Assembly: GCA_000182565.2 (NCBI GenBank)
Contig: KQ257453.1
Source: Spizellomyces punctatus DAOM BR117
Lineage: Eukaryota
Direction: 5' to 3' (one strand)
DNA length: 64,000 nt
Made by a program: the position numbers and the translations under genes. Below the pieces are notes generated by a model. The model was given only the letters and a program-made list of their open reading frames with translations, did no database searches and was not told the origin of the DNA. This document shows, in pieces, positions 39,743-53,358 of this stretch; the first letter of the stretch is position 1, and every line of letters starts with the position of its first letter.

Positions 39743-41662
39743 CTATGTCAGGACCGTCTTTCTTTTAACAGCCTGTTCAATCATCATCGCCAGTTTCCGA
39801 TCTTTCTTTGCGATGATGCTTGTCGCACGTCCCTTCGCACCATTTCGTGCAGTTCTCCCCACCCGGTGCAGATAGTCGATGGCTGTCTGTGGAAAGTCAT
39901 ATAAAATCACATGTCCAACATTTGTCGTATCTAGCCCGCGTGATGCTATATCGGTGGCGACTGCAATCATAGGTTTGCCGACATGGTCACCTTCTTCGTC
40001 CCCCTTTGACGGAGCTTGAGCAAATCGTGCCAAAGCCTTGGTCCTCTCCTTCACATCAACGGTGCTAGATATATCGACAGCATCATACTCCTTTCTCCTC
40101 AGGAAATCCGCCAGGTCCCCGCAGCTTCGTCTGGTATTACAGAAAATGATGATTCGACTATCATCAACCACTGCCCGCTTCAATACATCCAAACACATTT
40201 GTTGCTTTGTGGTTGAACCATCAATCCGTAAGAACGCCTGGCGCAGCCGCGGTAAAGTTCTGTGCAACGATGGCGTGGTGATACGCGTGATGTTGGGGAA
40301 GTCGCGATCTAAGATCCGTACTACTGTGCGCGGTAAAGTAGCGGAAACAAAGACGAATTGACACGGCCGTTTCAGCTCCGATGCAAACGCTCGTGCCGGT
40401 GCCAATACTTTCTTTAGCTCTGAACCAAAACCCTCATCGAACATAGTGTCTGCCTCATCTACCACCACATGCCTAGTTTGTGAAAGAGAAACCCCTTCAG
40501 ATTCCATAAGATGTATTAGCGCTCCAGGTGTCGTAATGAGAACATCTACTGGTGCGGTGGCGACCATTGACTCTGACACGTGTCGCGGAATGGCAGAATG
40601 CACCCCAACAACTCGCAAACGAGCGATATGGCTTATTTCCTTTGCTATTTTGGTGACTTGTCCAACCAGCTCTCGTGACGGTACGATCACAACGGCCCTT
40701 GGTCTACGAATCTTGCGGATGGATGATAAACCCGAGGTGGCACTCACTGTCCTTCCATCTGCCGTAATTGCCTCGATAATATCTACGGAAGACTCTCTTT
40801 GACTTTTGTCTGCCAATGCCGAATCCTCCTCTTCTTGTTTTAACTGATTCATCACAGGTACGAGGTACGCCAAGGTTTTTCCACTACCAGTTTCCGCGGC
40901 GCATAAAATAGGATTATAAGGGTTCTCCAATGCTTGCGGAATGCAGAGAGCTTGCACCTCGGTAGGTCGAACATGCCCAAGGCCTTCCGTAAGGGCTTTT
41001 ACAATTTCTGGGCGCAGGCCCATCGTTTCAAACCGACTTTGGCGAATGCGGTCCTTAAGAACAGCTAATGATTCTGGCCGGGCAGTGTCGTATTGTGTAC
41101 TCGCGAGAGCAAATTTGGCCGTATGGCGAGCCACCTTTGCGGCCTCCTCCTCTTTGGCGAGCTGTGCTCGTTTGCTTTGAGCAGTTTCTATGCGTCGTCG
41201 TGGGCCAGGTGTTCGCCGGCCCACTTGCACAGCAGTTGCTTGACGTTCTCCAATTTTTCCGCCACTCTTAACCTCAGGCTTTGGCGGTTTTTTAGCGGCA
41301 GCTTGCTTTGGTTGGCCGTGTTTAAAAGTGGCTAATCGTAGTCGTGGGGGGAGTGCAAGTCCGGGGATTCTAGTCTGCTTTCCTGCTCTCTTTCTTTTCG
41401 CTGTCTTGGCTGTTTTGCCCTTACCCTTACCGATTCCACCTAGTTTCTTTTGCCGTGGATACTTTGTTGAAAAGGTGAATTGATTCGAGGAACGGGTGGA
41501 TCCTGTACCATAACTACGAGCAGGAACCAAGAAGGAAAACTGTAAACACAGGCATTGACCATGATGAAAGTCCAACTGTCTGGATGCACGCTGCAGTGCA
41601 ATCTTATTAGCCAGTGGACGTACGCAGGCTCGGCCTGCTGTCGATAGTGTTGCCCGGAGCAT
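39743..41662 (-). CDS. Mitochondrial DEAD-box RNA helicase (Mrh4/DDX28-like), single exon
   Basis: Basic presequence-like N-terminus (MLRATLSTAGRACVRPL), AAETGSGKT, PSRELV, VVDEAD, SAT, SRGLD and YLHRVGRTAR. The ORF track starts it at an upstream ATG (41704). Confidence 0.88.
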   Translation of the reverse strand: MLRATLSTAGRACVRPLANKIALQRASRQLDFHHGQCLCLQFSFLVPARSYGTGSTRSSNQFTFSTKYPRQKKLGGIGKGKGKTAKTAKRKRAGKQTRIPGLALPPRLRLATFKHGQPKQAAAKKPPKPEVKSGGKIGERQATAVQVGRRTPGPRRRIETAQSKRAQLAKEEEAAKVARHTAKFALASTQYDTARPESLAVLKDRIRQSRFETMGLRPEIVKALTEGLGHVRPTEVQALCIPQALENPYNPILCAAETGSGKTLAYLVPVMNQLKQEEEDSALADKSQRESSVDIIEAITADGRTVSATSGLSSIRKIRRPRAVVIVPSRELVGQVTKIAKEISHIARLRVVGVHSAIPRHVSESMVATAPVDVLITTPGALIHLMESEGVSLSQTRHVVVDEADTMFDEGFGSELKKVLAPARAFASELKRPCQFVFVSATLPRTVVRILDRDFPNITRITTPSLHRTLPRLRQAFLRIDGSTTKQQMCLDVLKRAVVDDSRIIIFCNTRRSCGDLADFLRRKEYDAVDISSTVDVKERTKALARFAQAPSKGDEEGDHVGKPMIAVATDIASRGLDTTNVGHVILYDFPQTAIDYLHRVGRTARNGAKGRATSIIAKKDRKLAMMIEQAVKRKTVLT

Positions 41663-41981
41663 AGTGAGGCAGATGAATGCAGGAAACGAGGATCGCTGGT
41701 CCATTGGAAACTTGTTCTTGCTTTAGCTGTTATTGCCATGGCAGCAAGCTGTGTCACCAATGAGTAACAGCGACAGCAGGCATCGCCGCCGTCAACAGTT
41801 TTTGGGACCCATCTGCAAAACCCTTCTTTCCCATTTGCAACTGTTTTGTTGCACTGCTACCTTCCCGAGTTTTGGTTATTTCGCTACCTCACAAATTACT
41901 TCGCGCTCCCAAATATATATCATAAACCTTGAACCGACCAACATCAAACTACTCGGGCAGACCGTGTAACCATCTTGGAAA

Positions 41982-43624
41982 ATGGCGGTGAGTGATGAGG
42001 CATCGAACCAGCGCAACAACTACCCTAGCTTAGAGCCGACCAGGTTCTGACGTATTATTTGACATTTTGTTTCATAGAGCTTATTTGGACTGGGCTCTTC
42101 TGCCGACATTGAGGTCGTTTTAAATGATGAGGATAAGCGAAAACTTGTCGAAGTAAAGGTGGATAAGGACAAGAAAGCAAAGTATCCTCTGTATTTCGAT
42201 GGTGAATCGGTTAGCGGGAAGGTATTGAATGGAAGTGATACAGTCCCTTGATCTACTTTTCACACATACATCAATGCCGTAGGTACAGATCCGCGTTCGG
42301 GACGGCAAGAAGGTGGAACATCAAGGAATAAAAATCGAATGGGTCGGGCATATAGGTACGATCTTGCTACTTTGTGGCTGTTGTGGGGTTCTTGCTATCC
42401 TCCATCACCTCTAACAGCCTTGGAATACAGAATTATTCTATGACAGAGGAAATCACTATGAGTTCTCATCTCTGGCACAAGAATTAGCTGCTCCTGGAGA
42501 GCTACGGTCGAGCGCAACATATGATTTCGAGTTCAAAAATGTAGAAAAGCAGTATGAAAGCTACTTTGGGATTAATGTGAAACTAAGGTCGATCATTTTC
42601 ATCAATCAACATCATTAATGATTGGGACCTGACAAAAACTGAAAATTCCGCCAGGTACTTTGTCAGGGTGACCGTGTCTCGCCGTCTCTCCGATATCATA
42701 AAAGAGAAGGATGTTTGGGTATATTCCTACCGAATGCCACCCGAAGTGAACAATTCGATTAAGATGGAGGTCGGCATCGAAGATTGCCTTCATATTGAAT
42801 TTGAATATAATAAATCCAAGTGAGTGTATGGACTTCAGACAAGATTCATCCACTTGTATTGCTGACTATATCATCCTTGTGAAGGTACCACCTGCGGGAT
42901 GTCATCGTTGGCAAGATTTATTTCTTATTGGTTCGAATTAAGATAAAGTACATGGAATTGTCCATCATTCGACGGGAAACCACAGGCGCAGGTACTGCGG
43001 TTTGGATATCGCCAGTTTGTTTGCGTGTCTATAACTCTAGTCAACTCAGCACCAAATCAGTACAATGAAAGCGAAACAGTCACCAAGTTTGAGATTATGG
43101 ACGGTGCTCCAGTGAGAGGTGTGTTACTTTCGCAGATCCGAAAGAGTTGTCAAGGCTTACTAATTGTATCATGCATTTCTCAGGCGAAACGATTCCCATT
43201 CGACTTTTTCTGAGCGGATTTGAACTAACACCGACATACCGAGATGTAAATAAAAAGTTCTCAACGCGATATTACCTGAACTTGGTTCTGGTAGACGAGG
43301 AGAACCGAAGATATTTCAAGCAACAAGAGGTGCGTATGCAGATCTCGCGTCTGAGCCAGGATCGTTTCCTCATTGCTCGTTTCTGTTACTTTTAAGATTA
43401 CGCTCTATCGACTAAAGGGTAAATATTGCAATTTGGATTATGTTTGCTATTTGATTCTCATCATCGTTCACGCTTTGGAATGCAGAGGATTCAGAAGAGT
43501 AAGTGTTACTGGGTTTGTATGCAATATCTCGGGAGTTTCTGATATTGAACTCTCAACCAGGCAAAACGAGATTGCCGGGGGCGCATCAGCAGCGGGGCTA
43601 AGCACGTACACGGGACGACGATAG
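41982..43624 (+). CDS. VPS26: Retromer subunit Vps26, multi-exon with micro-exons
   Basis: [79 protein letters not shown] and YYLNLVLVDEENRRYFKQQE. Confidence 0.97.
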
Positions 43625-43802
43625 CCGTTCAAATCCCTTCCGTGGTCATAATTACTGCCTCCATGGAGCCAGATAGACATTTTAATGTGATCCGCTTCGC
43701 CCAGCAATTCGCGCTCATTAAATCAGATCCCGTGCACAGCGAGATTCTTAATGGTGATAATCGTTATGGAATAACGCAAAGAAGGGGCGATCTTGTGTAT
43801 CC

Positions 43803-45686
<1,884 letters not shown>

Positions 45687-45806
45687 CTATTTTGGTGATG
45701 AAAGAGAATTCCTTTGAGAGGCAACAGACCGCGTCGTGTCAGCAAAACTCTGGGGCGATATACAAATGTAATGAACTTTTTTATTTACAACGGACATCCA
45801 AAAAGT

Positions 45807-47364
45807 CTATCCACCTGTATAAGTGAGATTTTCTACCTGATTTCCCACTTTCAACGTAACATATGCATCAGTACCATATCCATCCATTGAGCACACCTCA
45901 ATATCCCCTCCCCAATAATTTGCATAGACCTTGCTCATGGGCAAACCCAACCCAAGCTTTAAACCGGTCGGAACTACATGATGCTCTGACTCTTCCACCT
46001 TTGCAGCAAGCCGCGGAACGTGAGCAAAATTTAGAAACTTGCGTTTTGACGGATGGGAATAGGACCATAGATGTGACAGTGCATCGCGCCGGATACCGCC
46101 ACCTTGGTCCGAGATACGGAAGGTGATCAGAGAGTCGGCGGATCCAATCGTGGCGCGGATGGAGGGCAGCTTTGTAACTGCGTCTGCTGTTGATGATGAT
46201 GAGGGTACAGAGGAAGAAGTGTACGACGACGATGGCCCTGTCATGTCAAGATGTTCGGGTGTTGGTATCATGGGATCTCTTGCAGTCCCTCGCACGTTTC
46301 TCAATGCTGCATTGGCAGCCCACGCCTCCCCCAACCGTGGTGCATTACCTGAACTTGTTCTATAAGGTCTTGTATCGTCTTCTCGGTGTAATTCGGGCTC
46401 CGCTCCAGAGTCTTTGGTGGCTTGCACGAGAACTTCCGGAGCATGTTTTTCCAAGGTGGCCCACATACTGTTCTTGAGCAGCTCGAAAATGATGTACTCG
46501 ATCTGATCTGGGATGTACGTAAACGTGGCGTCCAAGTGGCCATCCACCGCTACCTCCGGGGGTGTGACACCAAAAGCCTCCTCGAAAACTCTACTCGCCA
46601 GATTTGAGCACCTTTGCACAACATCTTGAGCTCTACATCTCGTATTGACAATTCCAATGTAGTGCGGTTCTTGACTTTCCCGTCCGTCAAATACTGCAGA
46701 CAAAGTGATGTGTTGTTCCGCAAGGACCCGTCGCCCTATCCGTGATCTCAGCATTTCATTCATGAATCGATCTGCTTCACGTGCAGCAAGATGCACTCCC
46801 GATTCCGCTACCCCCATAGCCAGCCGAGGGATGGCGACCAGATGAGTGTCCAACATATGCTCGACAGTATCGCAAAACTCCCGGTTTTGTTCTAGCGTGG
46901 TGATTTGCGGGATAGATCGGAATGTCTCGAACGCCTCCCAGTAAAGCTTATATATGTGTTCGATGTGAGGATTCGTACCGACAATGAATGGTAGATGCTG
47001 AAAGTCGCTATAACCAAGGCATCACAAATTGAGTATGGGATCCTCACTAGAAAGTGGTAGATGGATCACTTTACGATATGAATACTTACAAGATCCGATG
47101 TGCCAATCTCACAGGCAACTCCGCCCGGACATAGTTGGCACTCTTCAACAGCTTTTCCTCCGTCAAAGTGCGTCCAAACACTGTCAGTTGCCGCAGTGTC
47201 ACGCGTTTCGTCTCTTGCGATGCATATTGCTCCAAGATTCTATTGTGATAGAAATTGGGTTGAGAGGTATATCTCCGCCTTCTTGGTGAGCTGACATTTT
47301 GCTTGGATGCAGCACATGGACAGCGCCTCCCCAGTAGGAACGCATGCGGTGTCTTGTCCAGCAT
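45807..47364 (-). CDS. Mitochondrial alpha-ketoacid dehydrogenase kinase (PDK/BCKDK family); start approximate
   Basis: LRQLTVFG...SANYVRAELPVRLAHRI, LPFIVGTNPHI, SRIGRRVLAEQH, FELLKNSM, RISDQGGGI and GLGLPMSKVYANYWGG. Confidence 0.93.
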
Positions 47365-47628
47365 TCGGGCAACTGCGAACGGGGGTGTGGAGGAAATATC
47401 GCTGGGATGACGCTTTAATTGGAAGTACTTGCTGGGTGAAAGGTCCTTTACCCCCTGATAGGTTTCTTCATATGCCTCGTAGGGACGGTGACGGCAAGAG
47501 TAGATTGGCAGATACTAAAATTGAGGAGATGGCAAGATGGAAATCGTCGTCCTTTCCAACCAACTTGATCATGTGATAAGATCAAGATGAGATACGGCCA
47601 CTTGCTGCGCAGCTGAGTCATCCACGAC

Positions 47629-48373
47629 ATGAACAATCTACAAAATAAACAAACGGAAATTCCTGCGACATTTCCTTCCTTGTATCGTCTGTCACAAAGG
47701 GAAACTCCTTTGTCGCCAGAGGCCCTGGCGGATCTCCAGCAGGTAAACCATCAGTTTTGTTCCGTTTTGTCAAAAAGGGATGTCGGTTGGGTGTTGCGTG
47801 AAGCGCAGTTGTAACCGCCCATGTTCAGGTATTTCGAAGAGCAGACAAGGGCCATAAAGGATGGCTATCCAAAGATGACTTTAAGGTTGCTATGGTCGGT
47901 TTGTTGGGATATAAACCGTCAAAGGTATGGTAAATCAATGGTTTCTTTGCAAGATAGTGCTAGATCTATATTCCGCTCCTCAGTTCGAGTTAGAACGCGC
48001 TAGGAGCAATGTCAACTTTGAAAAGCACGGTAATTGACTGCTGTGACATCGAGTCATGAAACGGATTCGCTTAACGCTTTCTCTCAAAAATAAAATAATA
48101 ATTGGAAAAGAAATGACATTGGAAAGATTTATCAGCCTGCGGCGGAACTCCTCATCAACCGATCTAGATGAAACCATTCGTCAATGCTTTCTTACAGCCG
48201 ACATTAGCTGTCATGGATATATCTCCCGATCGGACCTGCATTCCATCTTCTCTCAAGTCGCTCCTTCGATCCCCACTCACGTCATCGATGATGCCTTTGC
48301 TGTAGTAGATATGGATGGCGATGGAAAAGTGGGGTACCGGGACTTTGAAAAGTTGATGAAATATGAGTGCTAG
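47629..48373 (+). CDS. EFCAB11: EF-hand calcium-binding domain protein, EFCAB11-like, multi-exon
   Basis: Spliced VFRRADKGHKGWLSKDDFKVAMVGLLGYKPSK matches the EFCAB11 signature; C-terminal EF hand DMDGDGKVGYRDF. Confidence 0.78.
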
Positions 48374-48484
48374 GTTTTTGTTTTTAAATAATTGAGCTAC
48401 AGCAAGGCAAAAAAAAATTGACAAAGACCGAGATCCTAGCAGATAGTCAAGCTGGGTGGAGATGTCAGCGCTAACCATTCTACT

Positions 48485-50810
48485 CTATTCTCTCTGCTGC
48501 TTCCCTAGTCGCCTCTTTTCTAGTTTTACCACACGCTTCACAGAAGAGCTAGACTTTGCTACTTCAGCTTCCTCTTTCTTCACCACGTGCCCATCCGCGT
48601 CATATTCATATTCTGGCGGGAGCTTCAGCGTTCCATTGTTTAGCTTCCAAGCCCGGTGTATAATGCGTACTACACCAAACACCACGATGACGAACCCAAT
48701 GGTGTATGACAAGTAGTGCCGTGGATCACTTAGCCGCGTATAGGAGAACATGTCGAGAAGTGGGAGTGGTGGCAGTTGGTCTTTTAGCTCAGTGTCCAGT
48801 TTGGGAGTGTCCTTTTTCCGTAGAGAAGAAGGGCGAGTTCAGTCATGACCACCTTTGAATGGACCATTACGACGGACATCCCCCGGCATACCTTTATCTT
48901 ATCAGGTCCTGCGGAACCATTCGTTTGTTCAGCCACCTTGTCCTCCTTGGCCTGCTTTTGATGCATGGCCCTAAACTCATCCACGGCCGCCACGCTCTCT
49001 GAAAGCCTGTTCAATGTGTTAAACAGAGCTACCACTTCGCCGCGTGTTAATCGGTAGAGCATTGGACTGAATGGAGGGCAAACAGGACATTAGAGGGCAG
49101 AGTCAATAATAAATGTCACGAAATAGCCACATACTTGTCATCATATGAGAAAAGGATCTTTAGGGCGGTTCCTAAGCCTATAAGAGAAAGGATGCTTAGG
49201 CGTGAAAGAAGAGCACAAACGCAATTAGAATTCACGTTGCATACCTGATATTTGCAGCTTTCCCCACAGTCGACATTTCTCGCACCCAACACAATCCATA
49301 ATCTGCGAAATGTTTCTAAAATGCGTCTTAAATTCCTCTTTGAGAAGCATGGATCCCGAATCCACAAAAAGCGTTTTTTCGTCAAACGTCGGTCCACATG
49401 CGACAGCCTTGTCAGCAACTTGTTCAACAAGATCCTAGAACAAAATTCTTTGGTGAGTCTTAATGTGGGAAAAAGTTCTCAAGATGCATATTACCTCAAT
49501 CCTATGCGTATCCGCTCCGCTACCGGTACAGAATTGGTGAACTTGATGGTTTCGCAAGTACGGCGCTAGTTTCGCAACAGCTCGGACCATCATAGTATAT
49601 GTGAAGTATAGGTTCTGAACTCGGTCGGGATGGTTCCCGACTCGATCCGAAAAACATGTGAGATTACGAATCTGTTGGCCAATTGGTTAAGCTGCGTTCT
49701 CATGAACTACTATGATCTTTCGTGGACGTACCCACTCTCCGCTCTTACGATCCAACCATTGATCGCAAATATGCGTTGATATGGATGCATGAAGTCCTGT
49801 CAAAACATAAATGTCAGACACAATAATTGCATGGTGCGTCCACAACGTCTACACATACCCGACAAGAGTCGATAAAAGACCCTCTTTTCCATGCAGGTAT
49901 TTTCAAGTTCCTTTCTTCTATTGGTCAACGTTCCCTCCAGGTTATTTTCAAAGAGGTTGAAACAGTTTTCCCGATATATAGCCCCCCAAATCCGTGCAGC
50001 TGATTCTCCTCCGTATCCAGTGAAGCGCTCCGGGTTCTTGAGGAGATTAATGTAACAGCCCTCTATTAAGGGCAGCCAACGGCAATGGTCAATCGCACTA
50101 CCACGACTCTGGAATTGTTTTGCATCTCCCCTACCAGCGGAAAAATCATCCTCTACCGCACAAAAATCGGCTTCTGACCACTGACAGCTCTTAGACATTA
50201 GGGAAAACCCATTATCTAACGGGGATTGGTCAACTGAGGAGAGAGCGGAGGTCTTCCAGTGTTCGGGAATTTCAGACTATACGATTCCGTCAGCGTGTGA
50301 CGTCCAGCGTAGGAGGACATGCAACTACGTACCTCATCAGCCTCGACAACGGAGCAGTCACGGAGAATGCAAAGTGGATTCTCCTGCCAAAACGGACAAT
50401 CTTTGTGAAGGTTCGTCTGCATCCATCCGCAGAGTTAGTTGTTGTACGTATCCACCCACAGTGCATTTTGAATATATGTATACCTTCCAATATCTAAAAA
50501 ATGAGGTAGTCACCAACTCTGCCAAGAGCGGGGAAAGCTCACTGTTCACTTTCTGGATGGTTCGAAACTCACAGCAGGCATCGCTTATGGGACCTGAAGG
50601 CTGAATGTCCACATGGTAAACAAGAGATCATCTACGATAGATTTATCACATTCTAGCACTTACACTGCAATAGGGTTGCACTTTGTCTTCCAATGAGGCC
50701 GATAGTTGGTCAATTTCGCGCGATATATCCGACTTGACTGAAGTCAGTGCCAACGGTATACACGCAAGAACTGCGGTCAAGGTCCAGGCAGTAGCTGTTC
50801 GAAGTAACAT
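48485..50810 (-). CDS. ERO1: ER oxidoreductin 1, multi-exon, with a signal peptide and a C-terminal hydrophobic segment
   Basis: FFRYWK, CPFW...[65 protein letters not shown] and [19 protein letters not shown]. Confidence 0.95.
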
Positions 50811-51194
50811 TTTCAAGGAAAGTATATGGGGCGGGGTAGCTGTGCAAAACAGAAACAGTAGTCATTAGGACGTTTTGGCTTTTATGACCGCAAACCAGCT
50901 CGCCAAACTTGCGACTTTTTTACGCACGACGACCATGTAGTTCCCTTGCAGCCTATTTCAAGCAATTGCCCATCCAACTCACCTCTAAAACCATGTGCAA
51001 ATCATGACCAAAAACTGCTTAATGCATAAAGCTGCTTATTCCACCGCTAAACCCGTACGCGTACGTGTCTTGATCGAGAGGAATGAGCCAATCAGCAAGT
51101 GATACGTAATGGGTTTGGGCTTTTGAACTCAGAACGTTGACGTTTTTGGACGGGAGACTTTGGACATTTTCCATTGTTTTTTTTGTTGACAAAG

Positions 51195-52739
51195 ATGAAG
51201 AGATTTATCGTTACGATACAGATACTTTGGCTGTTCTCGATTTTGGCGGTTGATGCCCAGCGCAACAGGGACAAGGTCCTATTACGCGAAGTACAGGTTT
51301 GTAAACAAGAGTCGTGCTCTTGAAATATGGTGTGCGCTAACAAAAGTGGTTGTAGGTGTTGACTTTATACAAGGGACAATACACGACTGGAAGACGTTCC
51401 AATCCCGTTCCGCAGATTAAGTGCGTTGGTGGAAATGCGTGCAGGGATATCCAGCCTGAAGTTATTCAATGTCGACAGGTGAGCTCTTTCATGGACAATA
51501 GAAGCCATTTGGAGATGTCTGCAAGGTCAAAAAGGATCGTTGGGCGATGCAACTGGGCGCAAAACGATATTGGTGTGCTAACCCATCCATGATACTTTTT
51601 CTACGGTGTCAAGGTTGGATGGGATGGCCGAGAAGCTCAGTGGGAGTGCAAAGCGGAACTGGAAGACATGTACAGGCTTGGCAAAACCATTGTAAACTGC
51701 GAAGGGTATGATTATCCGGATGACCCATACATTCTTGCTGGTAGGAAGACGTATCCGATTTGATATCTGAAAACCATCGTATTTGACCATGTTTTCTCTT
51801 TAGGATCGTGCGGCGTCGAATACGACCTGCATCGGACGGCAAAATACCGGGCTCAAACCGGTACCAATCACCGACAGGATCAGACCGCTCCTCCGCCGCT
51901 ATTTACGGGAGGGCTACTCTCATGGCTGCTCAACAGCTCTCTGACATCCTGGATAACAAACAACCCGCTCACATCGTGGGTCCATCGCTTCCCGTTCTCG
52001 ATCTTGTTTGGTTCGTCGAGCTCTTCTTTTCGTCGAGAAGATTGTGAGTTTGATATGTACGCAGTCGATGACAGCTCTCGGCCAAAGGTGGAAAAAGCGT
52101 ATTGATGGAAATTGTGGGTTTGTAGCCTCTTTCGGACATTCTACAATTACGGGCTGGAACATGGCGCACGTCGTTTGGTATATTGTATTAGGGCTCTTTA
52201 TTTATAGGTGAGACAATCAAGACGTGTTGCTGTTATGGTGATAAGATTGCTAAAGTCTGTTATTGACAGTGTGTTGAAATCATGTTTGGGTGGCGGAAGT
52301 CGGAGCGGGTCTGGTAGGAGTTCGCAGAGTACCTATGGTGATGGTCCGGGAGGAGGATCGGGTGGGGGTGGTGGAGGTGGTCCTTCGGGTAGGTTGCTAA
52401 AGGTTACTGTATCACCTCCATATGTAATATCAATGCTTTGTTATAGCGCCGCCATACGAGCCTCCGCCGCCTTATTCACCGCAATCTGACAATAGCGCGC
52501 ACTCTACGAACCGTCCAGGTTTCTGGTCTGGTTTAGGACTTGGCGGACTGCTCGGTTCGAGAATGTCGGCGAATCGAAACTATTCAAGAACAAGATACCC
52601 AAATGCTTATGATGAGCCGACTTCATCCTCTTCTTCTTCTCCTTCTTCGTCTTCATGGTCTCGCCCTTCGACATCGTCTTCATCGTCGTCCTCACAGCGG
52701 CGAACGACTACTGGATATGGGGGAACTAAAAGGCGATAA
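51195..52739 (+). CDS. SARAF: SARAF/TMEM66 (DUF1183) single-pass membrane protein, multi-exon
   Basis: Signal peptide, KVLLREVQVLTLYKGQYTTGRRSNPVPQIKCVGG, QWECKA, VNCEGYDYPDDPYILAGSCGVEY, GFWSGLGLGG and the terminal TGYGGTKRR*. Confidence 0.92.
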
Positions 52740-53358
52740 AGTTGTGTAGATGAATTAGAGCCGGTTAATGCCATAGCCATTATGTTGTCAAATGCATTTT
52801 GCCTCTTGTAAGCTATTTTTAGGAACTCTGTAGCTATTTTTATCTCTTGCCGACCAGGCGAAAGTGAGGGTTCAGGAAATTTCATTTCTCAAGAGGGCAC
52901 CAAGTGCGCAGCGCATCGCTCTGCCTTGGTAAACTTCGTCCGTCGTCGTCTGTTGCGCCGTTTCCCTTTGCCAGTTGCGCATCAAAAAAAGGTCAAAAAG
53001 GTGAGAGATGACGCGGTGTCGGAGTTGGCGATGGCTAAGCAAAAGATTACAAAAGGGGGGCCCAAGCGCAAGTTGAATTGGAGGGGGGGTGTTTTTTTTT
53101 TTTGTTTTTATTGGTTTTGGGGCAATGCATCTTGCGTTTTAGACGATGAGTAGAGGTGGTCTTTAACTGATAGAGCGGGCAGCTTTAGCTAGACTTTACT
53201 GGGGCGGAAGGTGTCCCCAATCTTGGCATTGAGCAAAAGGAAACACACTACAAACTTTTGGGCCTTGAGACGGGTCGTTCAGTGGAGAGCGAATGACAGA
53301 TTTTGCAGTCAACTAATTACAAGCCCGTTTTTATTTGTTCAACAAAGACGGCCGAGGG

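Noticed and set aside
39743-41662. Intronless DEAD-box helicase as a possible retrogene or HGT
   Set aside because: It looks like an ordinary mitochondrial Mrh4/DDX28-type helicase with a presequence. There is no poly(A) remnant or target-site duplication.
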